Of a stretch of 64,000 bases of DNA, positions 35,407 through 44,738 are shown piece after piece. The first letter of the stretch is position 1. Each line of letters opens with the position of its first letter. A program made the position numbers and the translations under genes. The DNA is taken from contig CAVZDJ010000037.1 in the NCBI GenBank assembly GCA_963773975.1, positions 105,041 through 169,040 of the forward strand. Direction: 5' to 3'. The notes under the pieces were generated by a model. The model saw only the letters and a list, made by a program, of their open reading frames with translations, made no database searches and was not told the origin of the DNA. The DNA is from an uncultured delta proteobacterium (GTDB lineage Bacteria > Desulfobacterota > Binatia > Binatales > Binataceae).

Positions 35407-37164
35407 ATGGCAACCGCGCATCAAAGTGAACCGGCTTTCAAGGTCGTGGTCGAAAAGGATCAGGTGATGCGCACGCGTGACGGCGTGTGCCTGCGCTCCG
35501 ACGTGTATCGTCCCGATGCGCCTGGGCGCTTCCCCGTGTTGCTGGTGCGTACGCCGTACGACAAGGGTGCCGAGATGGCGCTGACGGAGAAAGACTACTT
35601 TCCCCCGCGCGGCTACGTCGTGGTGGTGCAGGACACCCGCGGACGCCATAGCTCGGAGGGCGACTTCTATCCCTTCGCGCACGAGGCGCGCGATGGCTAC
35701 GACGCGGTGGAATGGGCGGCGGCCCTGCCCTGCTCGGACGGCAAGGTTGGGATGGTGGGGCAATCGTATCTAGCCCTGGTGCAGTATTACGCCGCCAGTC
35801 TGCGTCCGCCCCATCTGCGAGTCGCCGCGCCTGTCTCAGGGCCGGTCAGTTACTTCGAGAATTTCGCCTACCGGCGCGGCGCGCTCGAACTGGGATGGAT
35901 GCTGGCCTACTTCATGTTCATGGCGCGCGACACGCTGGCGCGCAAGGGAATTTACGACCAGCATCGAGCGCGGCTCGACAGCTATGTTTCGCGCCCGGAT
36001 ATCCCGATGGCTCCGCTCAAGCGTGACGCCTATCATCATCTGCCGGTGCGCGATTGGGGCGAGCGTCTGAAAGATGGCGCTCCATATCTCGCTGACTACC
36101 TCCGCCATTGGACTGACGGTCCGTACTGGGCCGCCACCGATTTGCGGCCGCGCTTCGGCGAATTCGACACGCCGATGTTTCACGTGGGCTCGTGGTACGA
36201 CGTGTTCCAGTACGACACGCTCGCGATGTACCGCGGGATGCGTGACGGCGCGCGCAGCGAACAGACGCGGCGCAGGCAGAAATTGCTGATGGGTCCGTGG
36301 GCGCATCTGCTGCCCTATTCGATCCCGACTTCGCGCGGCACCGGCGATATCGATTTCGGCCCCGCGGCGATAATCGAGCTGCACGCGTTGCAACTGCGAT
36401 GGTTCGATCACTTCCTTAAGGGAATCGCCAACGGCGTGCTCGAAGAGCCGCCCGTGCGGCTGTTCGTGATGGGCGAGAACCGATGGCGCGACGAGAACGA
36501 ATGGCCGCTCGCGCGCACGCGATACACCGAGATGTTCCTGCGTAGCGGCGGACACGCCAACAGCCTCGAGGGCGACGGACGGCTCGGGCCTGCGCGGCCC
36601 GGCGAGGAACCGGCCGATCGTTACGTTTATGATCCCAACGATCCGGTGCCGACGCGCGGCGGCACGGCGCTCGGGTTGAAGGCCGGAGTTTTCGATCAGC
36701 GCGAGGTCGAGGAGCGCCAGGACGTGCTGGTCTATACCGGCGACACGCTCGCGAGCGATCTGGAAGTCACCGGGCCGGTGACGATGATTCTGTACGCGGC
36801 ATCGTCGGCGCCGGACACCGACTTCACCGCCAAGCTGTGCGACGTGAGACCGGATGGCTATGCGCAGAATATCGTCGAGGGGGTGGTGCGCGCGCGCTTT
36901 CGCGAGTCGCTCGCGGCGCCGTCACCGATCGTGCCGGAACGGGTCTACGAATACCGCCTCGATCTGTGGGCGACCAGCCATCTGTTCAAGGCCGGGCATC
37001 GCCTGCGGCTGGAGGTCTCGTCCAGTAATTTCCCCCGTTACGATCGGAATCCCAACACCGGGCACGATCTCTTCGCCGACGCCGAACTCGCGCGGGCGCA
37101 TCAGAGCGTCTTCCACGACAGCCGCTATAGCTCTCGCGTCGTGCTGCCGGTAATTCCGCGTTAG
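35407..37164 (+). CDS. CocE/NonD family hydrolase (S15 X-Pro dipeptidyl-peptidase-like)
   Basis: It has RTPYDK, the GQSYLA nucleophile region and the C-terminal beta-sandwich motif (SSSNFPRYDRNPNTG). It is 585 aa. Confidence 0.9.
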   Translation: MATAHQSEPAFKVVVEKDQVMRTRDGVCLRSDVYRPDAPGRFPVLLVRTPYDKGAEMALTEKDYFPPRGYVVVVQDTRGRHSSEGDFYPFAHEARDGYDAVEWAAALPCSDGKVGMVGQSYLALVQYYAASLRPPHLRVAAPVSGPVSYFENFAYRRGALELGWMLAYFMFMARDTLARKGIYDQHRARLDSYVSRPDIPMAPLKRDAYHHLPVRDWGERLKDGAPYLADYLRHWTDGPYWAATDLRPRFGEFDTPMFHVGSWYDVFQYDTLAMYRGMRDGARSEQTRRRQKLLMGPWAHLLPYSIPTSRGTGDIDFGPAAIIELHALQLRWFDHFLKGIANGVLEEPPVRLFVMGENRWRDENEWPLARTRYTEMFLRSGGHANSLEGDGRLGPARPGEEPADRYVYDPNDPVPTRGGTALGLKAGVFDQREVEERQDVLVYTGDTLASDLEVTGPVTMILYAASSAPDTDFTAKLCDVRPDGYAQNIVEGVVRARFRESLAAPSPIVPERVYEYRLDLWATSHLFKAGHRLRLEVSSSNFPRYDRNPNTGHDLFADAELARAHQSVFHDSRYSSRVVLPVIPR

Positions 37165-37347
37165 GCCTCTGCGCGTTGGACAAGCCAGAGTTGAATCGGC
37201 CCGCAGCTGCGCGAGAAGCGATTTTCCCCGCGCCCGGCAACCCTGATACTATCTATCCGCTCGGATACGCGGGTACGGGAACTATCGGGCGACGGCGGAA
37301 TTTCGCGCCGCGCCGAGAGCATCGAAAACTCAGCGCTGCGAGGCCGG

Positions 37348-37420
37348 AACTTCGAGAGATTTCGAAGAAGACTTCGGGAGAAACTTCGAGAGTCGAGACT
37401 GCGAAGCTCGGACTGCGAGG
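37348..37420. repeat. cluster of short direct repeats in the RND operon leader
   Basis: AACTTCGAGAG occurs twice (37348, 37382), with the variant GACTTCGGGAG at 37370. GACTGCGAAG (37397) and GACTGCGAGG (37411) follow. All lie in a ~400-nt non-coding leader. Confidence 0.5.
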
Positions 37421-37570
37421 ACAGCCAATTTGACCGCACACAGCTTGCCAGGCAGATTGTCCACGCCTCTCCATTGTAAACTCTGTTCTCTCTCCCGCGA
37501 TCCAATTGCCCATCGCGCATCTCTATTCGCCCGCCTCGCGCGGACCTTACAGACCTTGCCAGTCTTGCGG

Positions 37571-38710
37571 ATGATGCGAATCGGGGCGGCAATCGCGACC
37601 GCAGCCGCGCTCGGCATCGGATGCTCCAAGTCCGGGCCCGACGTCGCTGGCGGATTTATGACCGGCCCTGTCCCGGTGCTGATCGCCCAAGCCATCCAGA
37701 AAACGGTCCCGATCGAGCTCCATGCGATCGGCACGGTCGAAGCCTACTCGACCGTCTCGGTGAGGTCGCAGATCGACGGCAAAATAGCCGAGGTTCATTT
37801 TCATGAAGGCGAGAACGTAAAAAAGGGCGCCCTGCTGGTCACGATCGATCCGCGGCCGCTCCAGGCGGCACTGCATCAGGCCCAGGCCAATCTCGCGCGC
37901 GACCGCGCGCAGCTCGCACAGGCCGTCAACGACGAGAAGCGCTACGGCTACCTGCTCGAGCAGGGCGTGGGCTCGCGCGAGCAAGCCGATCAGGCCCATG
38001 CCACGGCGCAGGCGCTGCGCGCGACCGTGATGGCCGACCAGGCCGCCGAGCAGACGGCGCAGCTCAACCTCGAGTACACTGAGATCCGCTCGCCGATCGA
38101 CGGCCGTACCGGGAACCTGATGCTGCATCCGGGCAACCTGGTCAAGGCCGACGATTCCGCCAGCGCGATCGTCGTGATCAACCAGATCAAACCCATCTAT
38201 GTGGACTTTAACGTACCCGAGAAGGACCTCGACGAGGTGCGTCACGACATGACCGGCCATCAGCTCGCCGTGCTGGTGCGGCCGCGCAGCCGCGAGCTCC
38301 AGGCGGCCGCGGAAAGCGGCACGCTCAACTTTATCGACAACGCGGTTAACGTCACCACCGGCACCTTCGAGCTCAAGGGGCTGGTCGCCAACGAAAGCGA
38401 GCGGCTATGGCCGGGCCAGTTCGTCGACGTAACTTTGACCCTCAGCGAACTCCCGGACACAATTCTGGTGCCGTCGCAGGCGGTGCAAACGGGACAGGAC
38501 GGAGCGTTCGTGTTCGTAGTGGAGCGGGATATGTCGGCCAAGGCGCGCCCGGTGGTAGTCGGCGACTCGCTCGACGGTCAAACGGTGATCAAGAGCGGGA
38601 TCAAAGCCGGTGAGACCGTGGTCACCGACGGCCAGTTGCGCCTGTTCCCCGGCGCCAAGGTTAAAATCAAGAGCGGACTCGACCAGCCGGCGCAGCAGGT
38701 GCCCTCGTGA
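37571..38710 (+). CDS. RND efflux periplasmic adaptor (membrane fusion protein), lipoprotein
   Basis: The start is ATG 37571 (MMRIGAAIATAAALGIGCS, lipobox). It has HlyD/AcrA-type lipoyl, coiled-coil and beta-barrel segments (YTEIRSPIDGRTG, VPSQAVQTGQDGAFVFVV). Confidence 0.88.
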   Translation: MMRIGAAIATAAALGIGCSKSGPDVAGGFMTGPVPVLIAQAIQKTVPIELHAIGTVEAYSTVSVRSQIDGKIAEVHFHEGENVKKGALLVTIDPRPLQAALHQAQANLARDRAQLAQAVNDEKRYGYLLEQGVGSREQADQAHATAQALRATVMADQAAEQTAQLNLEYTEIRSPIDGRTGNLMLHPGNLVKADDSASAIVVINQIKPIYVDFNVPEKDLDEVRHDMTGHQLAVLVRPRSRELQAAAESGTLNFIDNAVNVTTGTFELKGLVANESERLWPGQFVDVTLTLSELPDTILVPSQAVQTGQDGAFVFVVERDMSAKARPVVVGDSLDGQTVIKSGIKAGETVVTDGQLRLFPGAKVKIKSGLDQPAQQVPS

Positions 38711-41700
38711 ACCTGGCCGAGGGATTCATCCGCCGCCCGGTGATGACGACGCTCATCTCGCTGGCGATCGTCTTCTTCGGCCTGATGGCCTACCGGATGC
38801 TGCCGGTAAGCGACCTGCCTAACGTCGACTTTCCCACCCTGGTGGTCAACGCCACCCTGCCCGGCGCCAGTCCGGAAACGATGGCCTCGTCGATCGCTAC
38901 GCCGCTGGAGCGGCAATTCTCGACCATCGCCGGCCTGGACCAGATGACTTCGACCAGTATCCAGGGCCAGACCAGCATCACGCTGGAGTTCGCCCTCGAC
39001 CGTAACATCGACGCCGCCGCGCAGGACGTGCAGGCGGCGATCGCGGAGGCCCAGTCGCAGTTGCCACTGGGGATGCCGAGCCCGCCCTCTTACGAGAAGG
39101 TCAACCCGGCCGACAAGGCGGTGCTTTACCTCGGGTTGAGTTCGCCCACGCTGCCGCTCTCGCAAGTCGACGAGTACGCCGAGACTTACCTTGCCGAGCG
39201 CATCTCGATGATCAGCGGCGTCGCGCAGGTCTCGGTTTACGGCTCGCAGAAATACGCGGTGCGGGTCCAGGTCGACCCGCAGGCGCTGGCCTATCGCGGC
39301 ATCGGCATCGACGAAGTCGCGCAAGCGATCGAAAACGCCAACGTCAACCTGCCGACCGGCACACTGTACGGTTCGCATGAGGCCTTCACCGTGCAGGCCA
39401 ACGGCCAGCTCACCAACGCCGCCGCCTATCGGCCGATAATCGTGGCCTACAAGAACGGGGCGCCCGTGCGGCTGGAAGAAGTGGGGCGCGTGATCGACGG
39501 GGTCGAGAACGACAAGGTCGCGGGATGGGTCGGCAACCAGCGCGCGGTGGTGCTCGCGATCCAGCGCCAGCCGGGCACCAATACGGTCGAGGTGGTGAAC
39601 GCGATCTACAAGATCCTGCCGGCCTTCCGCGCTCAGCTGCCGGCCTCGGTCACCATCACGAATCTCTACTCGCGCGCGGATTCGATCGAAGCCTCGGTCG
39701 CCGACGTGCAGTTCACGCTGCTGCTCACCGTGTTTCTGGTGGTGATGGTGATCTTCCTGTTCCTGCGCAATGTCTCCGCCACGGTTATTCCCAGCGCCGC
39801 GCTGCCGATGTCGATCATTGGCACCTTCGCGGTGATGTGGTCGCTCGGCTACACAGTCGACAACCTTTCGCTGCTGGCGATCACGCTGTCGGTCGGCTTC
39901 GTGGTCGACGACGCGATCGTGATGCTCGAAAACATCGTGCGCCACATGGAGATGGGCAAGGGGGTGATGGAGGCGGCGCTCGACGGCTCGCGCGAGATCG
40001 CGTTCACGATTCTTTCGATGACCTTCTCGCTGGCCGCGGTGTTCATCCCGGTGCTCTTCCTCGGCGGAATCATGGGCCGCCTGCTGCACGAGTTCGCGGT
40101 CACCATCGCGGCCGCCATCCTGGTCTCGGGTTTCGTCTCGCTAAGCCTGACCCCGATGCTCTGCAGCCGCTTTCTGCGTCCACCCGGGGCCGAGCGCCAC
40201 GGCCGCTTCTACCTGGCGACCGAGCGCGGCTTCGACCGGATGCTCGAGGGTTACCGCCGCAGCCTCGCGGCCGTGATGAACTATCGGCGCGCCACGCTCG
40301 CCTTGGCGGTAGGGCTGCTGGTGGCGACTTTCTACCTGCTTGCGGTCATCCCCAAGGGCTTCCTGCCCAGCGAAGATCAGGATCAGATCCTGATGTTCAC
40401 CAAGGCCGCGCAGGGGATTTCGTACGACGCGATGGTCAAGCATCAGGAAGCGATCGCCGAGATCATCCGGCGCGATCCCAACGTCACCACCTACTTCTCC
40501 AGCGCCGGCGCGACCGGATTCAGCGGCGGTGGCAACACCGGCATCCTGTTCGCGCGCCTCAAGCCGCGGAGCGAGCGCGCACTGAACGTCGACCAGATCA
40601 TGGCCGAGCTGCGGCCGAAGCTCGCCACCGTGCCCGGCATCATCGCCTTTCTGCAGAACCCGCCGCCAATCCAGATCGGCGCCAAGTTCACCGAGGCCAC
40701 TTACCAGCTTGCGCTGCAGAGCCCCAATAGCGACGAGCTGTACAAGTACGCGCAGATCCTGGAGCGCAAGCTGCACGCGATGCGCGAGCTGACCGACGTC
40801 ACCAGCGACCTGCTGATCGCCAATCCGCAGATCAACGTGGTGATCGACCGCGACAAGGCCCATTCGCTCGGCATCTCGGCCCAATCGATCGAGGACGCAC
40901 TCGATAGCGCCTACGGCGCGCGCCAGATCTCGACCATCTACGCGCCCAACAACGAATACCACGTGGTGCTGGAAGTCGAGCCGCAGTACCAGGAAAATCC
41001 GGCGACGCTCCCGCTGCTGTACGTGCGCGCGCAGGGCGGACAACTGGTCCCGCTCGACACCATCGCGCGCCTGCAACGGACGCTCGGGCCGCTCCAGATC
41101 AACCACTCCGGACAGCTCACCGCGGTCACCATCTCGTTCAACGTCGCGCCCGGCGTCTCGCTGGGCAAGGCGCTCGACGACGTGAAACAAGTCTCCAACG
41201 ACACCGTGCCGGCCAGCGTCAGCGCCGCCTTCCAGGGCACGGCCGAGGAATTCCAGTCCTCGATGCGCAATCTGGGAGTCCTGCTGGTGATGGCAATCCT
41301 GGTCATCTACATCGTGTTGGGCGTGCTCTACGAAAGCTTCATCCATCCGGTGACGATCCTCTCGGGACTGCCGGCGGCCGGCTTCGGCGCGCTGCTCACG
41401 CTGATGATCTTTCATATGGAGCTCGATCTGCTGGCCTTTGTCGGCATCATCATGCTGGTCGGCCTGGTCAAGAAAAACGCGATCATGATGATCGACTTCG
41501 CGCTCGACGCCCAGCGCACCGAGGGCAAGAGCCCGGCCGAAGCGATCTTCGAGGGCAGCATTATCCGCTTCCGGCCGATCATGATGACCACGATGTCGGC
41601 GCTGATGGGCACGCTGCCGATCGCGCTCGGGGTGGGCGCGGGCGCGGATTCGCGTCGCCCGCTGGGCGTGGCGGTGGTGGGCGGGCTGTTTTTCTCGCAG

Positions 41701-41862
41701 CTCCTCACGCTGTACATCACGCCTGTCATCTATACCTACATGGAGTCCTTCCACGCCTGGGTAACTTCGCGAGGCGGGCGCCGGAGCGAGCCCGAAGCTC
41801 ATCTGCTCTCCGGCGGCAAACGTACCGAAGCGGAGCCGCCGCGCCGCCGCGCCGCCTCCTAG
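38707..41862 (+). CDS. RND efflux permease (AcrB/HAE-1-like)
   Basis: The 1051-aa product has a GTG start overlapping the adaptor stop (GTGA). It begins with the FIRRPVMTTL N-terminus and shows 12-TM AcrB architecture and motifs (VVDDAIVMLENI, MMTTMSALMGTLPIALG). Confidence 0.93.
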   Translation: MNLAEGFIRRPVMTTLISLAIVFFGLMAYRMLPVSDLPNVDFPTLVVNATLPGASPETMASSIATPLERQFSTIAGLDQMTSTSIQGQTSITLEFALDRNIDAAAQDVQAAIAEAQSQLPLGMPSPPSYEKVNPADKAVLYLGLSSPTLPLSQVDEYAETYLAERISMISGVAQVSVYGSQKYAVRVQVDPQALAYRGIGIDEVAQAIENANVNLPTGTLYGSHEAFTVQANGQLTNAAAYRPIIVAYKNGAPVRLEEVGRVIDGVENDKVAGWVGNQRAVVLAIQRQPGTNTVEVVNAIYKILPAFRAQLPASVTITNLYSRADSIEASVADVQFTLLLTVFLVVMVIFLFLRNVSATVIPSAALPMSIIGTFAVMWSLGYTVDNLSLLAITLSVGFVVDDAIVMLENIVRHMEMGKGVMEAALDGSREIAFTILSMTFSLAAVFIPVLFLGGIMGRLLHEFAVTIAAAILVSGFVSLSLTPMLCSRFLRPPGAERHGRFYLATERGFDRMLEGYRRSLAAVMNYRRATLALAVGLLVATFYLLAVIPKGFLPSEDQDQILMFTKAAQGISYDAMVKHQEAIAEIIRRDPNVTTYFSSAGATGFSGGGNTGILFARLKPRSERALNVDQIMAELRPKLATVPGIIAFLQNPPPIQIGAKFTEATYQLALQSPNSDELYKYAQILERKLHAMRELTDVTSDLLIANPQINVVIDRDKAHSLGISAQSIEDALDSAYGARQISTIYAPNNEYHVVLEVEPQYQENPATLPLLYVRAQGGQLVPLDTIARLQRTLGPLQINHSGQLTAVTISFNVAPGVSLGKALDDVKQVSNDTVPASVSAAFQGTAEEFQSSMRNLGVLLVMAILVIYIVLGVLYESFIHPVTILSGLPAAGFGALLTLMIFHMELDLLAFVGIIMLVGLVKKNAIMMIDFALDAQRTEGKSPAEAIFEGSIIRFRPIMMTTMSALMGTLPIALGVGAGADSRRPLGVAVVGGLFFSQLLTLYITPVIYTYMESFHAWVTSRGGRRSEPEAHLLSGGKRTEAEPPRRRAAS

Positions 41863-41885
41863 CGGCCGCCCACGTTCTTCTGTCC

Positions 41886-41903
41886 CGCGCGCAAGTGCGA
41901 TAA
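41886..41903. repeat. CGCGCGCAAGTGCG-ATAA motif, copy 1 (upstream of the AhpD-like gene)
   Basis: It shares CGCGCGCAAGTGCG..ATAA with 42865..42884. Confidence 0.4.
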
Positions 41904-41946
41904 CTAAACCCGAGGCGCAGAAGATTTCCGTCAAACGGAGGAACCG

Positions 41947-42489
41947 ATGGCACGGCTCAGTTCGATCCCATTTGGAAAGGTTGATCCGGAGCTGCAGGCG
42001 GTCATGCACGAGTATGATGTGGAACTGGGCGGCTCCGGATTTGTTCAGGTCCTGGCCCACGCTCCGGAAGTCTTCAAAGACTTCATCAAATTTTACTTTC
42101 CCCTGGTCAGCGCCACCCGCGGATCGGTCAACATGAAGTTGACCGAACTTGCGCGGCTCAAAGTGGCGGAGAAAAATGAGTGCGCGTTGTGAATGGGCGC
42201 CCGGTTTGCCTTGGCAAGGCAACAAGGACTGACTGAAGAACTGGTCGCTGAGCTACCGCATTTTGAAAGCAGCCGAAAACTGACCGCCCAGGAAAAAGCG
42301 GCGATTCGCTTCGCCGAGATCCTTGCGGGCGATCATCGCCAGGCCTCGCAGCAAACCTTCGACGTCTTGCGCGAGCATTTTACCGAAGGCGAGATCGTCG
42401 ACCTGGGGTTCAGAATAGTCACCTTCGTCGGCTATGGCCGTTTGATTCATGCCCTGGGCCTGGAAATCGGCAAAACCTGTCCGCTGTGA
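41947..42489 (+). CDS. AhpD/carboxymuconolactone-decarboxylase-family protein with in-frame TGA (putative selenocysteine, CxxU)
   Basis: Track ORFs 41947..42192 and 42193..42489 are in the same frame, separated only by TGA 42190..42192. The TGA falls at the second Cys of the family motif: ELARLKVAEKNEC-A-L-[TGA]-MGARFALARQQGLTEE. A hairpin follows 13 nt downstream. Confidence 0.6.
42206..42222 (+). promoter_or_regulatory. SECIS-like stem-loop downstream of the in-frame TGA
   Basis: TTGCCTT-GGC-AAGGCAA has a 6-7 bp perfect stem and a G-containing apical loop. It starts 13 nt after the UGA. Confidence 0.4.
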
Positions 42490-42534
42490 GCACCATCTTC
42501 ACCATTAACACCATCTGCTGCTACCCTCTTTTCT

Positions 42535-42783
42535 ATGAAGAGAGCAACCATCACCTTGTCCGACGATCTCGAAGAGGCTGTTCAGAGATACGTTGACGCT
42601 CATGATGCTCGTCCACCCCTTACGGCGGTGGTTCAGGCGGCCCTGCGTCAGTATCTTACCGAGCGCGGTCACCTCCGTTCGTCCGGACCCCTGCGGATCA
42701 CGCCCGCTCGAAAGGGCAGCGGCCGCCGCGATGTGAGCCGGAGGCACGATCAGTATTTTGCGGCTCAGGCTCCCACTATCTGA
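42535..42783 (+). CDS. ribbon-helix-helix (CopG/VapB-like) antitoxin, orphan
   Basis: It has the MKRATITLSDDLEEAVQRYV RHH N-terminus and a tail (PLRITPARKGSGRRDVSRRHDQYFA) typical of RHH antitoxins of PIN toxins. No toxin ORF follows. Confidence 0.7.
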   Translation: MKRATITLSDDLEEAVQRYVDAHDARPPLTAVVQAALRQYLTERGHLRSSGPLRITPARKGSGRRDVSRRHDQYFAAQAPTI

Positions 42784-42864
42784 AATTCCCGCTTTTGGAC
42801 GCATCGACCGAGTCATCCCTCACAACAAGGCTGTCAAAGGCGCCCCGCCGGCGCTCTTTTTTGC

Positions 42865-42884
42865 CGCGCGCAAGTGCGCGATAA
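42865..42884. repeat. CGCGCGCAAGTGCGCG-ATAA motif, copy 2 (upstream of the aldehyde dehydrogenase); contains the palindrome CGCGCA-AG-TGCGCG
   Basis: Read directly in the sequence; the palindrome spans 42867..42880. Confidence 0.4.
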
Positions 42885-42925
42885 GATAAAGCGCGGCCAA
42901 GAATTCGCGGCGGGAGGTCCTTGCC

Positions 42926-44371
42926 ATGGCGGTTGCGGCGTACCGGCTTTTTATCGACGGCCAAACTGTCGATACCTCCGACCATTACGAATTGCACTAT
43001 CCATTCAACGGCGAAGTCGTCGGCTCGGTCGCGCGCGCCGGCGAGCACGAGACCGACGCCGCGATCGCCGGCGCGGCGCGCGCTTATGACGAGACCCGCC
43101 GCCTGGGGCGCGCGCGGCGTGCCGAGATTCTGACCGCGATGAGCCGCGGCGTGGCCGAGCGGCGCGGCGACTTCGAGCGCGCCATCACGCTCGGCACCGG
43201 CAAGCCGATCGATTACGCGCGCGCCGAGGTCGGCCGCACCGTAGGCGTCCTCGCGCTCGCCGCCGAGGAGGTCAAGCGCTTCGGGCAGAGTTCCGAACCG
43301 ATCGACTTCGAGACCGCCAACATGGGCTCGGTCGGAATCGTCGAACGCTTCCCCATCGGCCCCATTTCCGCGATCGCGCCGTTCAATTTTCCGCTCAACC
43401 TGGTCACGCACAAGGTCGCTCCCGCTATCGCCACCGGCAACACGATGGTCGTCAAGCCGCCGCCGCAATGTCCCGGGCCGGCCCTGATGCTGGCCGAGCT
43501 GGCCGCCGAGGCCGGGCTGCCCAAGGGCGCGCTCAACGTCATTTCGGCCGATCCGCCGGTCGCCGAGCGCCTCGCCGTCGACGACCGGATCAAGATGGTG
43601 AGCTTCACCGGCAGCGCAAAGGTGGGATGGGCGCTTAAGGCGATGGCCGGGACCAAGCGCGTCGCGCTGGAGCTCGGCGGCAACGGCGGCCTGATCGTCG
43701 ATGACGGCGCCGACCTGGAGTACGCCGCGACCCGCACGGCGCGCGGCGCGTTCGTGCATGCCGGCCAGGTCTGCCTCTCGGTCCAGCGCATCTTCGTCCA
43801 TCGCAACGTGTACTTCGCGTTCTTGAAGCACTTGGTCGACGCGACCGAGCGGCTGGGCGTGGGCGATCCGATGGACGAGCGCACGGTGGTCGGTCCGCTG
43901 ATTTCGAGCGCGGCGGCCGAGCGCGTGATGGAATGGATCGACGAAGCCAAGAAGGCCGGCGCCGGAATCCTCACCGGCGATCGGCGCACGGGCAACGTGG
44001 TGGCGCCGACGCTGGTCGAGCTTTCCGAACCTAAACTCCATCGGCTGCGCGTCTGGTGCGAGGAGATTTTCGGACCGGTCGCGACCGTCGAACCGATCAA
44101 TTCGTTCGCCGAGGGAATCGCGGCGACCAACGATTCGCCTTACGGCCTGCAGGCTGGCGTCTTCACTCCCAAACTCGAGCACGCCTTCATGGCGTTTCGC
44201 GAGATCGAGGCGGGCGCAGTAATCGTCGGCGACACCGGCGTGTTCCGCGTCGACACCTATCCGTTCGGCGGCGTTAAGGGCTCGGGGTTGGGCCGCGAGG
44301 GCGTGCGCTGGGCGATGGAATCGATGACCGAGCCGCGGATGCTGGTTCTAAGCCTGCGCAGCCGCCCGTGA
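42926..44371 (+). CDS. NAD(P)-dependent aldehyde dehydrogenase
   Basis: It has FNFPLNL, VVKPPPQ, the ELGGNG catalytic Glu region, the AGQVCLSVQRIFV catalytic Cys and EEIFGPV. Confidence 0.92.
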   Translation: MAVAAYRLFIDGQTVDTSDHYELHYPFNGEVVGSVARAGEHETDAAIAGAARAYDETRRLGRARRAEILTAMSRGVAERRGDFERAITLGTGKPIDYARAEVGRTVGVLALAAEEVKRFGQSSEPIDFETANMGSVGIVERFPIGPISAIAPFNFPLNLVTHKVAPAIATGNTMVVKPPPQCPGPALMLAELAAEAGLPKGALNVISADPPVAERLAVDDRIKMVSFTGSAKVGWALKAMAGTKRVALELGGNGGLIVDDGADLEYAATRTARGAFVHAGQVCLSVQRIFVHRNVYFAFLKHLVDATERLGVGDPMDERTVVGPLISSAAAERVMEWIDEAKKAGAGILTGDRRTGNVVAPTLVELSEPKLHRLRVWCEEIFGPVATVEPINSFAEGIAATNDSPYGLQAGVFTPKLEHAFMAFREIEAGAVIVGDTGVFRVDTYPFGGVKGSGLGREGVRWAMESMTEPRMLVLSLRSRP

Positions 44372-44397
44372 GCGATCACGCCGACGGCGGAGCCCCT

Positions 44398-44423
44398 TTT
44401 TGCGCCGGCGGATGAATCTATGC
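44398..44423. repeat. 26-nt direct repeat, left copy, flanking the TA cassette
   Basis: TTTTGCGCCGGCGGATGAATCTATGC compared with TTTTGCGCCGACCGTTGAATCTATGC at 45071 gives 23/26 identical positions. Confidence 0.6.
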
Positions 44424-44434
44424 AGGCACGACAG

Positions 44435-44737
44435 CTACAATCCGGGTCTGGAACCGCGGCTCGCGTGCCAAAACGCGAGCACCTCGACCTCAGATGATGT
44501 GGTGCGATAGTAGAGGTAATATCGGATCCGAGCCAAGTGGATCCGCCGGACCCCTGGAAGAATAGCGTTGACAGCTCGCGCCTACTTTGGGATGCGACGA
44601 AATCAGCTCGAATGTACGTTTCACTTCCTCACGAACCGCCTCTGGTGCATTCGGAGGTTCTTCTTCCACCACTCGTGAACCTCCGCTATCTCACGGGCAG
44701 CTCCGCGTACGACACGGAAGTCGAGTGGCCAATAGTA
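44435..44737 (-). pseudogene. ParE/RelE-family toxin, decayed (at least 2 frameshifts, no canonical start)
   Basis: Three minus-strand frames together reconstruct a ParE-like protein. They read PLDFRVVRGAAREIAEVHEWWKKN, then PPNAPEAVREEVKRTFELISSHPKVG, then ARAVNAILPGVRRIHLARIRYYLYYRTTSSEVEVLAFWHASR. Confidence 0.7.
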
Positions 44738-44738
44738 A

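Noticed and set aside
38578-42225. 503-aa and 694-aa ORFs on the - strand (38578..40089 and 40141..42225)
   Set aside because: Both are antisense to the RND permease gene, which has unmistakable AcrB-family sequence. They are Arg/Asp/His-rich shadow ORFs.
42193-42489. 98-aa ORF as an independent gene starting at the ATG right after the TGA
   Set aside because: It is in frame with the upstream ORF, and together they reconstitute one CMD/AhpD domain with the TGA at the redox Cys position. I therefore treat it as one (seleno)protein. A split gene remains the alternative reading.
42776-44182. 468-aa ORF on the - strand
   Set aside because: It is antisense to the aldehyde dehydrogenase and has no motifs.
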